NCBI GenBank assembly: GCA_018830005.1
Contig: JAHJTE010000002.1
Location: 331,809 to 395,808 of the forward strand
Length of the DNA stretch: 64,000 nt
DNA from: Candidatus Omnitrophota bacterium
GTDB taxonomy: Bacteria; Omnitrophota; Gorgyraeia; JAHJTE01
Direction: 5' to 3'
The translations under genes were made by a program, and so were the position numbers. Under the pieces are notes generated by a model. The model ran no database searches. It saw only the letters and a program-made list of their open reading frames with translations, and was not told where the DNA came from. Positions 10,500 through 20,780 of the stretch are shown here, piece by piece. Numbering within the stretch: the stretch's first letter is position 1; each line of letters starts with the position of its first letter.

Positions 10500-11500
10500 G
10501 ATCTCAATAAAGAATCACCTGGACTATAAAATATAATTTGACTTCCTAAACTTTCAAAACTAAAAGGCACATAAAGTAATTTGCTTAGTTTTTCTCTAAT
10601 GCGTGGCTGTACATTCGGCTCTGCAAAGATTAATATAAAACCACCTCCGCCAGCGCCCAATAACTTCCCCCCTAACGCACCTGCGTTAATGGCGCTATCG
10701 TATATCTCATCGATTTTAGGAGTGGTTATTTTTTTGGATAAATTGCGTTTAATTTTCCAGCTTTCGTGCAAAAGTTTCCCAAAATCCGTCAATCTGCTTT
10801 TACTATTCAAAATTTTTAATGCCTCCTTAACCAATTCCGACAGGGTTGTCAGTTCTGTTTTCTTATTAGGCGTTTCTTTAATTTGTTCTGCAGCAATCTT
10901 AGAGGCGGTGCGTGAAAATCCTGTAAAGAAAAGCATCAAATGTTCATGTAGACAATTAAGTCTGCTTACATCAACTGTTAGGGGGCTAACCTTAATATGC
11001 TCTTTGCCTCCGAATTCTATCAAATTAAATCCACCAAATGCAGCTTGCGCTTGATCTTGGCTTCCTACATTTTCGTTAATAAGTTCTTGCTCAACATGTA
11101 TAGCATCAAGTGCTAACTGCCTCTTCGTAGGCATAATACCTTTAAGGGCATAAAGGGCATGAAGCAATCCTACCGTAAAAGTCGAGCTCGATCCCATTCC
11201 CGTACGAGCAGGCAAGTCTCCATCATGATGGATTTCGATTCCATTTTTGACTTTCATAAATCTTAAACATTCACGAACAGAAGGATGGTGGATCTCAGAA
11301 ATTTCATTTATAAGCTCTACCTCAGAATAACTAATACGGGATTTATGTTCAAAAAAAGGCGGTAAATAACGACAATTAATATAGCAATATTTATTTATAG
11401 TAGTAGCTAAAACAGCTCCGCCATTTTCCTTATACCAAACAGGATAGTCTGTGCCACCTCCGAAAAAAGAAATACGAAAAGGCGTTCTGCTTATAACCAT
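10496..11500 (-). CDS. hddA: GHMP kinase, D-glycero-alpha-D-manno-heptose-7-phosphate kinase-like
   Basis: MVISRTPFRISFFGGGTDYPVWY N-terminus, GMGSSST GHMP motif, and a GAGGGG C-terminal motif. Confidence 0.7.
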   Translation of the reverse strand: MVISRTPFRISFFGGGTDYPVWYKENGGAVLATTINKYCYINCRYLPPFFEHKSRISYSEVELINEISEIHHPSVRECLRFMKVKNGIEIHHDGDLPARTGMGSSSTFTVGLLHALYALKGIMPTKRQLALDAIHVEQELINENVGSQDQAQAAFGGFNLIEFGGKEHIKVSPLTVDVSRLNCLHEHLMLFFTGFSRTASKIAAEQIKETPNKKTELTTLSELVKEALKILNSKSRLTDFGKLLHESWKIKRNLSKKITTPKIDEIYDSAINAGALGGKLLGAGGGGFILIFAEPNVQPRIREKLSKLLYVPFSFESLGSQIIFYSPGDSLLRS

Positions 11501-11503
11501 AAT

Positions 11504-13228
11504 TTATATCTCCTTAAGTTTGTATGAATTGACCCAATATAACTTTTTTCCAAAACCCAAAATATCCGCGGGACCAAATATTTCATCTAAAGAATATTTC
11601 TTTTCAATAAAATCTTCTATGCGGGGGGATATTGATTGGAAATCACTTAAATAATTATTACTGATTTTTAAAATTATTTTCGGATTTTCATTTTCAATTT
11701 TAGAAATTATACTATGTTCAAATGAAGTTACTATGGGCCTGAGGTCCTCTCTTTTAATAGACATCTTTACCAAGAATTCAAGTTTCTTTAAAAGGTATTC
11801 TTCTCTTACAAAGATATTATTTTGCTTAGTTAAGAAGCTTAATTGTGGATAATAGCCCATAACAACTATTTTTTCATTATCCTGGAGATTCTTTGATAGA
11901 TAAGAAAATAATGACTCATATAATTCCTTTTCATAAGCAGTGACTAGGATTCCTTGGGCTCGGACTAAATTTAACGGTTCTCGATATCTTTTTGAATTAG
12001 AGTAAGGATAAATAAAAAAGTTTAAAAAACTGATATAAAATAAAAATATCGCAATACAAATTCTTGTAATTACCGGCCTAGTAGAGTAAAAAGTCTTCAA
12101 AAAATAAAGCAAATAAACGGTAAGAATAAAAGTAAGTTGAATATTGTATGCCTTGGTCATATTATGACCCACTAGAAAACTCTCGAAAGAAATAAACACC
12201 GAAGGAATAATGATGATCAATAAAGAATTTTTGTCTCTAAGCAATTTTTCCTTAATCTCAAAGTTAACTTTATTAAATCTTGCCCTGATATAAATAAAGA
12301 TAATTGAAATAGGCACTATAAAATACAGGCAATTGATAAAGGCCTCAAATGAAGTAACCAATAATTGCTTAAACTCACCAAATGAAGATATATTTATAAG
12401 GCTGCTAATTGGAAATATGCCATTAATTTTTTTTAAAATTTCTGAAAAGGTAATTATATCAATCTTGGATGAGAGGCTAACGGATACGGCAGAATTAGGT
12501 TGAAAAAACAAAGGGTAAGCCACAGGTAAATCCTTTAGCGCAGTCTGAGAATAAAAATACAATAAATATATCAACGGTAAAATGAATACACCTATTAGAA
12601 ATATCAAATAATTATTAATTTTATTTCTAAATTCCCTTAAACCATCAAACAAAAACAAAAATAAAGATACAGCAACTAAAAAACTAACTCCTGCTAATAA
12701 CGGCTTAGTTAATAAGCAAATGGAACAAAAGATACCAGCCCAAAAAATATTATATATTTTTTTATTCGATTCCAAGTATCTACAGATCATCAATAAACAG
12801 GCAATCTCAGCCAAAACAATGAAGATATGATTAAATGTATAATATGGAACATTAAAAAATATAATTGATAGAAAAGCAGCTATGCCGGCCCAAAGACTTG
12901 GCATGATCCTTTTGGACAAAAAGAAAACAAGAGGTATGACTAATGAGGCAAAAATGATATAGCTAATTCTCAAAACAATTAAATTGACACCGAATATCTT
13001 CATGATGAACGGATAGACGAAGAAAGAAAATGGACCATATAACCATTCAAAATCACGATAGGCTAAATTGCCTTGCATAGCTAAAAGATAAGCGTTTGCA
13101 TCACGACTTTCCTCAAAATTCATACCTAAACGAAAACTTAAAACATGATGAATATAATAAATCAAGGCTACGGCTAAGATAATTAGCAAGCTTTTATACT
13201 GTTTCCAAAACTCATTCTTTTTAAACAT
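11504..13228 (-). CDS. Polytopic membrane protein (GT-C-like), paralog A of a tandem pair
   Basis: 574 aa, multi-TM, with a hydrophilic C-terminal domain. About 55% aa identity to the neighbouring 13286..14992 product across the full length. Confidence 0.5.
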   Translation of the reverse strand: MFKKNEFWKQYKSLLIILAVALIYYIHHVLSFRLGMNFEESRDANAYLLAMQGNLAYRDFEWLYGPFSFFVYPFIMKIFGVNLIVLRISYIIFASLVIPLVFFLSKRIMPSLWAGIAAFLSIIFFNVPYYTFNHIFIVLAEIACLLMICRYLESNKKIYNIFWAGIFCSICLLTKPLLAGVSFLVAVSLFLFLFDGLREFRNKINNYLIFLIGVFILPLIYLLYFYSQTALKDLPVAYPLFFQPNSAVSVSLSSKIDIITFSEILKKINGIFPISSLINISSFGEFKQLLVTSFEAFINCLYFIVPISIIFIYIRARFNKVNFEIKEKLLRDKNSLLIIIIPSVFISFESFLVGHNMTKAYNIQLTFILTVYLLYFLKTFYSTRPVITRICIAIFLFYISFLNFFIYPYSNSKRYREPLNLVRAQGILVTAYEKELYESLFSYLSKNLQDNEKIVVMGYYPQLSFLTKQNNIFVREEYLLKKLEFLVKMSIKREDLRPIVTSFEHSIISKIENENPKIILKISNNYLSDFQSISPRIEDFIEKKYSLDEIFGPADILGFGKKLYWVNSYKLKEI

Positions 13229-13285
13229 AAATATTAAAATGTTTTTCTATTTAGATGCAGTATGCTAATAACCGCGAATTCACTT

Positions 13286-14992
13286 TCAATTTAATTTATA
13301 TGCATACACCCTAGCTTTTTCGTTTTCATTTCCAAGAATCTGTGCTGGTTCAAATTTTCGCTCTAGAAGATAATTTTCTGCTAGATAGTCTTTAATCTTG
13401 GGGGATATCATCCTGAAGTTAGGCAGATAATCTGCATTTATCGTCAAAACTATCTTGGGTTTCTGCGTTCTCATCATAGACATTATTTTATTCTCTAGCA
13501 AATTGCCGGAGAGAATAGCCCGGCCTGTCTTCCGTGCTCTCCAAAAGAGAACTTCGAGATTTGGAAAAATATAATCGTCTTTCGCAAAAATATTTTCTTG
13601 TTCGGTTAAGAAACTTAATTGAGGATAATAACCTATAACAGCAATCTTATCTTTGGCTTTAAGATTATCGGATAAGTATAACGACAAAGACTCATACATT
13701 CTTTTTTCTTGAGGTGTTACCAAAATTCCCCTGCTGCGTTCAAGATTCAATATTTTAGTGTTCTTTTTTAATCTAGAGTACGGATAACGGAAGAAAGACA
13801 CGAAACTTAAGGAAAATAAAACAATAAGTATTGCAGCAAACAAACGCTTACGCTGATGAATTCTTTTAAATAAATAGAGTAAATATACAGTCACTATAAA
13901 TGGGGTTTGAATAGTAAATGATCTATTGTAAATATGAGACATTACTAAGCTCTCTAGAGAAATAAATATTGAAAAAAGACCGAATAGTAGGAAGAATCTT
14001 TTGTTTTTTTTAATTTCTTCTCTAATTTCTGTTCTTTGATTACTAAATTTAGATCGATTATAAACAAGCAAAAGTAAAGCGCAGGTTAGAAACGGCAAAA
14101 TAACAATAAAATTATCAAATGAGGCAATTAGGACTTTTTTTAACTCTGTGAATGAAGTTAAATTTATAATCGTTTTGATTGGCAATAAGGTTGTTATTCT
14201 TTCAATGAGCCTTGGAATAATGCTCATTATCCTTGGAGCCTGATCAGCAAACAGCGATGAATCTTTAGCAAAATATGGATGAGCTACAGCAATACCTTTA
14301 AGTCTAGTTTGAAAATAGAAATACAAAGAATATATTAAAGGCAAAAAAACTGCGGCAATACTAAACATTAAAATATCTTTAAATCTTTTTCCCAGGCTAC
14401 CTAAATCCTTGTACAATAAAATAAATAAAGATATTGCAGCAAAAATAGTTATTCCAGAAACTAAAGGCTTAGTTAATAAGCAAATGGAACAGGAGATACC
14501 GGCTAAAATTAAATACAAGATTTTTCGATTTGTTTCCATATATAAACATATCATCAAAAGACAGATCATTGCCCCCAATGTAAGAAAAATATGATTATAC
14601 GTATAATACGGGACATCAAAGAATACAATTGATAAGAATGCGGCGATACCTGCCCAAAGAGGCGGCATTATTCTTCTGGCTAAAAAGTATGCAAGAGGAA
14701 TAATCAAAGAAGTAAATACAATATAGCTAACCCTTAAAACAATAAGATTAAAACCAAATATCTTCATAAGCACAGGGTAAACAAAAAACGCGAAAGGTCC
14801 ATATACCCATTGGAAATCACGGTAGGCTAAATTGCCCTGTATAGCCAAAAGATAAGCGTTTGCGTCACGGCCCTCCTCAAAATGCAATCCCAAACGAAAA
14901 CTAAAATATTGTTTCAAGTAATAGCTAGCAACCACTACTAAAATTATTAAGAAGCTTTTATTTTGTTGCCAAAACTTATATCTATAATTCAT
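13286..14992 (-). CDS. Polytopic membrane protein (GT-C-like), paralog B of a tandem pair
   Basis: 568 aa. It shares the motif block FRLG..FEE.RDANAYLLA.QGNLAYRDF.W.YGPF.FFVYP with paralog A. Confidence 0.5.
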   Translation of the reverse strand: MNYRYKFWQQNKSFLIILVVVASYYLKQYFSFRLGLHFEEGRDANAYLLAIQGNLAYRDFQWVYGPFAFFVYPVLMKIFGFNLIVLRVSYIVFTSLIIPLAYFLARRIMPPLWAGIAAFLSIVFFDVPYYTYNHIFLTLGAMICLLMICLYMETNRKILYLILAGISCSICLLTKPLVSGITIFAAISLFILLYKDLGSLGKRFKDILMFSIAAVFLPLIYSLYFYFQTRLKGIAVAHPYFAKDSSLFADQAPRIMSIIPRLIERITTLLPIKTIINLTSFTELKKVLIASFDNFIVILPFLTCALLLLVYNRSKFSNQRTEIREEIKKNKRFFLLFGLFSIFISLESLVMSHIYNRSFTIQTPFIVTVYLLYLFKRIHQRKRLFAAILIVLFSLSFVSFFRYPYSRLKKNTKILNLERSRGILVTPQEKRMYESLSLYLSDNLKAKDKIAVIGYYPQLSFLTEQENIFAKDDYIFPNLEVLFWRARKTGRAILSGNLLENKIMSMMRTQKPKIVLTINADYLPNFRMISPKIKDYLAENYLLERKFEPAQILGNENEKARVYAYKLN

Positions 14993-14997
14993 TTATC

Positions 14998-15930
14998 TTA
15001 AACATTGGAGAATTGGTTTAGTCTGATAACCTGATAACCTTTGATTAATTCCCTAATACCATCCCGAAGTGAAAAAATAGGCTTGAATCCTGTCTTTTCA
15101 ATTTTTGAGTTACTTACGATGTAGTCTCTTTTGTCCGGATCCTCCCCAATCTTAGCTTCGACAAAATAAAACTCAGGGATCTCCTTTTTGATCTGTTCAC
15201 ATAATTCCCATTTGCTTAAATTTGCATCGCTAATGCCAACATTATAAGGTTCGTCTTTCATCAATTCGAAATTATCTAAGGAATGAATAAATGCCTTTGC
15301 CACATCTCGCACATGAATATAATTTCTCTTGAAGTGTGGCTCGAAAATTATAATAAAATAGTCAGCTACGGCGCGATAAACAAAATTATTCACTAGAAGG
15401 TCAAGCCGCATTCGTGGACTAACCCCAAATGCCGTTGCCAGACGTAAAGAAATTGAATTTTTAGCATCCAACAGCGCCTTCTCTGCTTCTACCTTCAATC
15501 TTCCATAAAGAGAAATAGGCCGCAAAGGGGTATCCTCGGTGCAGAAGTTATCTTTCTGGCCTACTCCATAACCGCTATTCGTAGTGGGATAAATTACTCT
15601 TTGATTTTTACTGCGTAAATCTAATATCAAATTTAGGCCATCAACAATGACTGCTTTAGCCTCTGTTGGATTTTTCTGACAAACAGGCGCGCCCGTCAAA
15701 CAAGCCAAAGGGAAAATTACATCGACGTTCTGGAGCAGTTTCGAAATCAATTTTTTATCTCGACAATCTCCTCTAGTAATAGTCAATTTTTTATCATAGC
15801 AACAATCTAAAAGAGAGGTTTGATTATAAATAAAATTATCCAGAGCGATAACTTCGCAACCCTTCTTTAATAATTCAGAGACTAATACTGAACCAATATA
15901 ACCTGCTGCTCCAGTAACTAAAATCTTCAT
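14998..15930 (-). CDS. NAD-dependent epimerase/dehydratase (extended SDR)
   Basis: VTGAAGYIGS Rossmann motif and YGRLK catalytic motif. Confidence 0.7.
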   Translation of the reverse strand: MKILVTGAAGYIGSVLVSELLKKGCEVIALDNFIYNQTSLLDCCYDKKLTITRGDCRDKKLISKLLQNVDVIFPLACLTGAPVCQKNPTEAKAVIVDGLNLILDLRSKNQRVIYPTTNSGYGVGQKDNFCTEDTPLRPISLYGRLKVEAEKALLDAKNSISLRLATAFGVSPRMRLDLLVNNFVYRAVADYFIIIFEPHFKRNYIHVRDVAKAFIHSLDNFELMKDEPYNVGISDANLSKWELCEQIKKEIPEFYFVEAKIGEDPDKRDYIVSNSKIEKTGFKPIFSLRDGIRELIKGYQVIRLNQFSNV

Positions 15931-15947
15931 AATTCCCCTCTCCTTTA

Positions 15948-17414
15948 CTAAACCTTGTTTGTCGTCTCCTGTTCTTCTAATAATCTTCTTTTTAATTTGA
16001 ATTTTAGCATATCTTGTATATGCGCTAGGGTCTGTATGCCAAATTTATCTAAAATCATATCTTGATAGCGCTTACTAGAAAAATATTCTTCAAAGGCATC
16101 GTCTCTAAACTTAAGAATTTGAGATGCAGTCAAATACTTGGTTGGCAGAGGCTGTGTTTCAAAACTAAATTGAGAATAACCTAACCAAGAATCCGGTAGA
16201 GGTAATTTATCAGCTAATGTCTGTTCATACAGCTTTGAGCCGGGATAAGCCATGGCTACATAAAAATTTGCGTATTCGCAATTAAGCTCTTTTGCTAAAT
16301 CTAAAGTCTGGCCCAAAGACTCTAAATCATCTTCTGGCAAACCAAAGATAAAATTAGCGCCAATATGAATACCGACTGAATGTATCAAACTAGTGATGCG
16401 CTTCATCTTTTCATTGTCAAACCTTCCCTTGCTTACTGCGTCTCTTACCCTCTTACTGCCTGACTCAAAACCAATACCCAACCAATTGATTCCAGCCTGC
16501 TTCATTCTCTTAAGCATATTCTCATTAAGCGTATCTACTCTAGCATATGCCCAAATATTTAAATTATAACCCCTTTGAATTAAAGAATCACAGATCTGTA
16601 TAACGCGTTCTTCTTTTAAGGCAAACATTTCATCCATGATTTTGAAATTCTTGATTCCGTAATTTTCTACCAGATAATCAATCTCCCTAATGACTTTATC
16701 GGGATCCCTATACCTGATTGTATGCTTGCCGAAGATTGCATTTATGCAACAAAAGGAACAGTTAAAAGGACATCCTAAGCTTGTATAAATTACTCCGTAA
16801 GGACTACGCTTATCTAAATGACCAAAGCAATGCCAGTTATGTGCTCTATATTTATTCATTGCCAATAAATCCCATGCCGGCATAGACAAATCATCCGAAT
16901 CAACTAATTCAGCTCTCGGGTTAGAAAGAATTTTACAATTCTCTTCATAGAATAAACCCTTGATATCTTTCAAAGGTTTGCCAGATAATAAATCTAATAC
17001 TGTAAAAAACCCCTCTCCTTCGCAAACGAAATCTACCGATTCTTCTCTAAGAGTCTTCTCTGGTAAGGCTGAAGGATGAAGTCCAATCAGAATAGTCGAA
17101 ATATCCCTATTGTTTTTTTTGATATTATCAAGCAACTCCCTTGCCCCTACCATACTAGTTGTGGAGGCTGAAGGATTGGTTCCAGAAGCGACTATAGCCA
17201 CTAATCTCGGCCTCATTTTAACGACTGCTGACAAGACTCTTTCCGGCTCAATCTCAGCATCTATTATATCTACATTAAAACCCCTCTCTCTGATAAAGCC
17301 ACCCAAAAGCCCAGCCCAAAGAGGCGGCTCAAGACCAGAAAGGGACTTGCTTAAATTCTGGTATATCTTCTTCTGTGCTCCGGGTTTTATAACTAATAAA
17401 TCTAAGTTTTTCAT
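15948..17414 (-). CDS. Cobalamin-binding (class B) radical SAM enzyme
   Basis: B12-binding-like N-terminal domain followed by SLGCPFNCSFC (CxxxCxxC). The track ORF extends to 17456, but the ATG at 17414 makes a 4-nt ATGA overlap with the stop of the upstream TPP-enzyme gene, so 17414 is the more likely start. Confidence 0.7.
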   Translation of the reverse strand: MKNLDLLVIKPGAQKKIYQNLSKSLSGLEPPLWAGLLGGFIRERGFNVDIIDAEIEPERVLSAVVKMRPRLVAIVASGTNPSASTTSMVGARELLDNIKKNNRDISTILIGLHPSALPEKTLREESVDFVCEGEGFFTVLDLLSGKPLKDIKGLFYEENCKILSNPRAELVDSDDLSMPAWDLLAMNKYRAHNWHCFGHLDKRSPYGVIYTSLGCPFNCSFCCINAIFGKHTIRYRDPDKVIREIDYLVENYGIKNFKIMDEMFALKEERVIQICDSLIQRGYNLNIWAYARVDTLNENMLKRMKQAGINWLGIGFESGSKRVRDAVSKGRFDNEKMKRITSLIHSVGIHIGANFIFGLPEDDLESLGQTLDLAKELNCEYANFYVAMAYPGSKLYEQTLADKLPLPDSWLGYSQFSFETQPLPTKYLTASQILKFRDDAFEEYFSSKRYQDMILDKFGIQTLAHIQDMLKFKLKRRLLEEQETTNKV

Positions 17415-19201
17415 TTTATCGGACCAGGATAAACAGGATTCTCCCATCCCTTCCAAGGCTTAATAATCATATTTCTTTTAAATTCTTCTCTCGGTAAAAA
17501 TGGATATTGATCTTCTATTGGTGTACCCCAACCAAGCTTTGGTTGATAATCATAGAAACCAACCATATTAACATCACAAATTACTGACTCCCGGCTTTTA
17601 AGGGCATCTTTTAGTTTTCTTTTCAATTCTTTGTGATCCTTAATTCTTAACGTCTTTAAGCCATAGGCCTTAGCAACTTTTACGTAATCAGGAAAAGACA
17701 CGCCATGTTCGGAATCAACGCCTGCATATTCTGATTTAAAATGCGTGTCACGATAAGCCTTAGTTATCCCAAATGCCTGATTATTAAAGATAAAGACCTT
17801 AACCGGAAGCTTGTAATGCTTTAACGTCTGAAGTTCTTGTATATTAAAATGCATACCACCGTCTCCGAGTATACAATTCACTTTCTTGCCAGTAGCAACA
17901 GCTGCTCCTATAGCAGCCGGAAGTGCATAACCCAAAGATGAATTTCCGTTGTTACTAAATACTCTTTGATTCGCCTTAGGCTGGAAGGCCTGAGAAGTTA
18001 CAACGCAATTACCTCCTGCCTCATGTACTAAAACATCACCCGAATTCATTAGCTCAGAAAGAACCTTAACAAAGATATATGGATTAACGCTCCCCTTTTG
18101 TTTGACGTATTCTTTCCTGACTACAGGATATCTATTCTCCCATTCCTTGACCCGAGCCAACCAAGTAGGATCAATATTCGCTCCAAATTTAGGAGATTTT
18201 CTAAAGGCTTTCGTAAATTCATTAATAAATACCTTCGCGTCGCAATAAATATTCAAATCGCCCTTTGTTTGTTGAAATTTCATTTCGTATTTATCAATAT
18301 CTACGATTATCTTCCTTGCAGCTCGAGCAAAGGTATGCTGCATACCTCCGGTAATTCTTCCGGAGATTCTGCTTCCTATAGCTAAAAGAAAATCGCAATT
18401 CTGGATACCGAAATTTCTGCCGTCGCCGCCGAATGTACCCACTTTTCCGCCAAAGAATTTAGGGTCGTAATGATCGATCATATTCCAAGTTACAAAAAAC
18501 GGCACACTCTTTAATTTGCGAGCTAAAATCTTTGCCTGTTCGCTGGCACCGGCCAACCATACCCCGCCGCCTAAAAGAATAGCTGGCCGCTTTGCTTGCC
18601 TTAGATAATTTAAAACACGAACAATCTTATTAATCTCCCACCCCTCTGAACTAGGGGGTAAATAACCTTTCAATTTTGAAGAAACCTTTGCTCTTTGTAT
18701 ATCCATAGGGACATCTAACAGTACTGGACCTGGCCTACCACTTGTTGCTAAAAAGTAAGCTTTCTCCAATTCATATCGAATATCAGCTGCCTTCCTAATA
18801 ACAGTAGCATATTTGGTAATCGGTTTAACCATTGACACAATATCACTTTCCTGAAAACCCCATTGCCTAACTAGATTATTAGGTTTTATAAAACGGGAAT
18901 TAACCTGACCTGTAAAATAGAGCGCTGGACAGGAATCGTAAAAACTAGCTGCAATGCCATTTAATAGATTCTGGCCTCCTGGACCGGAGGTGGCAATCAT
19001 TGCTGACATCTTGCGCGTGGCCTTAAAATAGCCATCAACCATGAATGCGCCTGCTTGTTCATGCAACGGACAATAATACTTGAGCTTCTTGTTTCTGGCA
19101 ACCGACACGACAAGACTTGCCGCAGCAGACCCCTCAATAAAAAACACATCACGAATACCTTTCTTAACTAAAAAATCAGCAATAAATTCCGAAACTATCA
19201 T
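17411..19201 (-). CDS. Thiamine-diphosphate-dependent enzyme, acetolactate-synthase large-subunit-like (YerE-like)
   Basis: 596 aa with the three-domain ALS/POX architecture: TPP Pyr domain (GPGGQNL), a central domain, and a TPP-binding C-terminal domain (GDGGMHFNIQEL). Confidence 0.8.
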   Translation of the reverse strand: MIVSEFIADFLVKKGIRDVFFIEGSAAASLVVSVARNKKLKYYCPLHEQAGAFMVDGYFKATRKMSAMIATSGPGGQNLLNGIAASFYDSCPALYFTGQVNSRFIKPNNLVRQWGFQESDIVSMVKPITKYATVIRKAADIRYELEKAYFLATSGRPGPVLLDVPMDIQRAKVSSKLKGYLPPSSEGWEINKIVRVLNYLRQAKRPAILLGGGVWLAGASEQAKILARKLKSVPFFVTWNMIDHYDPKFFGGKVGTFGGDGRNFGIQNCDFLLAIGSRISGRITGGMQHTFARAARKIIVDIDKYEMKFQQTKGDLNIYCDAKVFINEFTKAFRKSPKFGANIDPTWLARVKEWENRYPVVRKEYVKQKGSVNPYIFVKVLSELMNSGDVLVHEAGGNCVVTSQAFQPKANQRVFSNNGNSSLGYALPAAIGAAVATGKKVNCILGDGGMHFNIQELQTLKHYKLPVKVFIFNNQAFGITKAYRDTHFKSEYAGVDSEHGVSFPDYVKVAKAYGLKTLRIKDHKELKRKLKDALKSRESVICDVNMVGFYDYQPKLGWGTPIEDQYPFLPREEFKRNMIIKPWKGWENPVYPGPIK

Positions 19202-19295
19202 TCTTGTACCTCTCCTAGCTCCTATCTTATTAAAACGTCCTTCCTCAATTGTCCCAAGAGCTTACTTTGAAGGCTTAATTTATTTCCTAGATCTA

Positions 19296-20780
19296 TCATA
19301 ACTGCAATAAATGATGAATAGGTAATTTTCTGTTTCTATTTAAGCTTGCATAGCGTTGCGTGATTATATCCTCTGCTTTTTTTCGAAATTCAATTAATTC
19401 TTCGATATCCAAATTATAAGGTTTGATCCATGGCTTATCGCTAGCTTGATGAAAATTCTCGGCATATAAAATATCCTGATCAGGAACTAATAACAACTTA
19501 TTCCTAATAACTTCATCATATAATCTAGAGCCAGGAAGCGGGACGGCGGTATGGATTGATATGTTATCTAAATAAAGTTTATTTATCATCTCGTAAGTTT
19601 CCCTAAGAGTATCCGAGGTTTCTTGAGGTAGGCCAATAATAAAAAAAGCCCTTACAAAAATATCCTTTTCCTTGCGCATTAGTTCAAATACCTCAAATAT
19701 TTTTTCCCTCGGCAATTTTTTTCCCATAACTTTATTTCTAATGTAATCAGAACCGCTCTCTACAGCAAAGGATATCCTTAAAAGGCCCATAGCTTTTAGC
19801 GCCTCTAGAATATCCCTATCAAAAAACTTTATAGAGATACCGTTTGGTGTATCAACATAGATCTTGAGATTCTTTTTCCTAATCTTACTAGCGAGTTCAA
19901 GTACTCTACTTTTATCCATGCTAAAGTTATCATCTATTATTGAAAAATAATTAATACCATATTCATTATATAGGTATTCTATTTCTTTTAGGCAATTCTC
20001 AGCTGATCTGTATCTTATTTCTTTTCCATGAAGAAGATGCATAGCACAAAAATTACATCCCATAGGACAGCTACGACTTGAAAGGAAGGGGAATCTGTAT
20101 TTAAGGCTATATCCTTTGGGGTTGTGCCAATGCCTTTCCCACTTCTCTGACTCAATCTCATAATCCTGCAAATTTAAGAGTTCCCAGGCTGGATAGGGTA
20201 AAATGTCTAAATCATTAATGAAGTTTCTTTTAGGGTTGACTCTTATCCGGCCATCTCTGTAACATATTCCATCTATGTCTGATAGTGAACCACCATTGAA
20301 AATACAATTTAACAACTGAAGGAAAGACTCCTCCCCTTCACCAATAATAATAAAATCAACACAATCAAAGCGTTCAAGAATTTCCTTATAAAATACGGTC
20401 GGCTGGATACCACCTAGGACAACCGGAAGAGAACTATCTATCTTTTTTAAAACGGAACTTATGAAGATAGTGGCTGGAAATTTACCCGAAAATAAACAAC
20501 TAATACCAACAAGATCGGGTTTGTAATCATTGTAGGTGTCAGTAATTGTTTGCTCGACAAAAGCATCGAGATCATCTTTAAAAGATAAATTATGTCTTTT
20601 CAGAAGAGCTGGAATATCTAGATAAAATATATTATAACGGTTCTTCTTTAGAGTAGCTGCCAAAGAAAGCAAGCCTACCGAAGGATAAGGCTCCTCTCTC
20701 AAATTGCTAACCATTGAATCATTCGAGATATTACTGGATCTAACGTGAGAATTAATTAATAAAATCTTCTTACTATTCAT
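19296..20780 (-). CDS. Cobalamin-binding (class B) radical SAM enzyme
   Basis: N-terminal B12-binding-like domain (LVGISCLF…VVLGGIQPT), then SRSCPMGCNFC (CxxxCxxC). Confidence 0.75.
   Translation of the reverse strand: MNSKKILLINSHVRSSNISNDSMVSNLREEPYPSVGLLSLAATLKKNRYNIFYLDIPALLKRHNLSFKDDLDAFVEQTITDTYNDYKPDLVGISCLFSGKFPATIFISSVLKKIDSSLPVVLGGIQPTVFYKEILERFDCVDFIIIGEGEESFLQLLNCIFNGGSLSDIDGICYRDGRIRVNPKRNFINDLDILPYPAWELLNLQDYEIESEKWERHWHNPKGYSLKYRFPFLSSRSCPMGCNFCAMHLLHGKEIRYRSAENCLKEIEYLYNEYGINYFSIIDDNFSMDKSRVLELASKIRKKNLKIYVDTPNGISIKFFDRDILEALKAMGLLRISFAVESGSDYIRNKVMGKKLPREKIFEVFELMRKEKDIFVRAFFIIGLPQETSDTLRETYEMINKLYLDNISIHTAVPLPGSRLYDEVIRNKLLLVPDQDILYAENFHQASDKPWIKPYNLDIEELIEFRKKAEDIITQRYASLNRNRKLPIHHLLQL

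Larger units (their letters stand above)
11504..14992 (-). repeat. Tandem gene duplication (~1.7 kb units) with near-identical DNA stretches
   Basis: For example, 12700-12745 and 14460-14505 (ggcttagttaataagcaaatggaaca...) are near-identical, and ~13020-13150 vs ~14790-14920 are about 80% identical. Confidence 0.7.

Noticed and set aside
10581-11054. 157-aa plus-strand ORF inside hddA
   Set aside because: Antisense to a well-supported GHMP kinase. Its composition is typical of a shadow frame.
17415-17456. Extended N-terminus (MEGMGESCLSWSDK…) of the B12-rSAM as given in the ORF track
   Set aside because: The internal ATG at 17414 forms a canonical ATGA stop/start overlap with the upstream TPP-enzyme gene. 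The longer form would overlap that gene by 46 bp.
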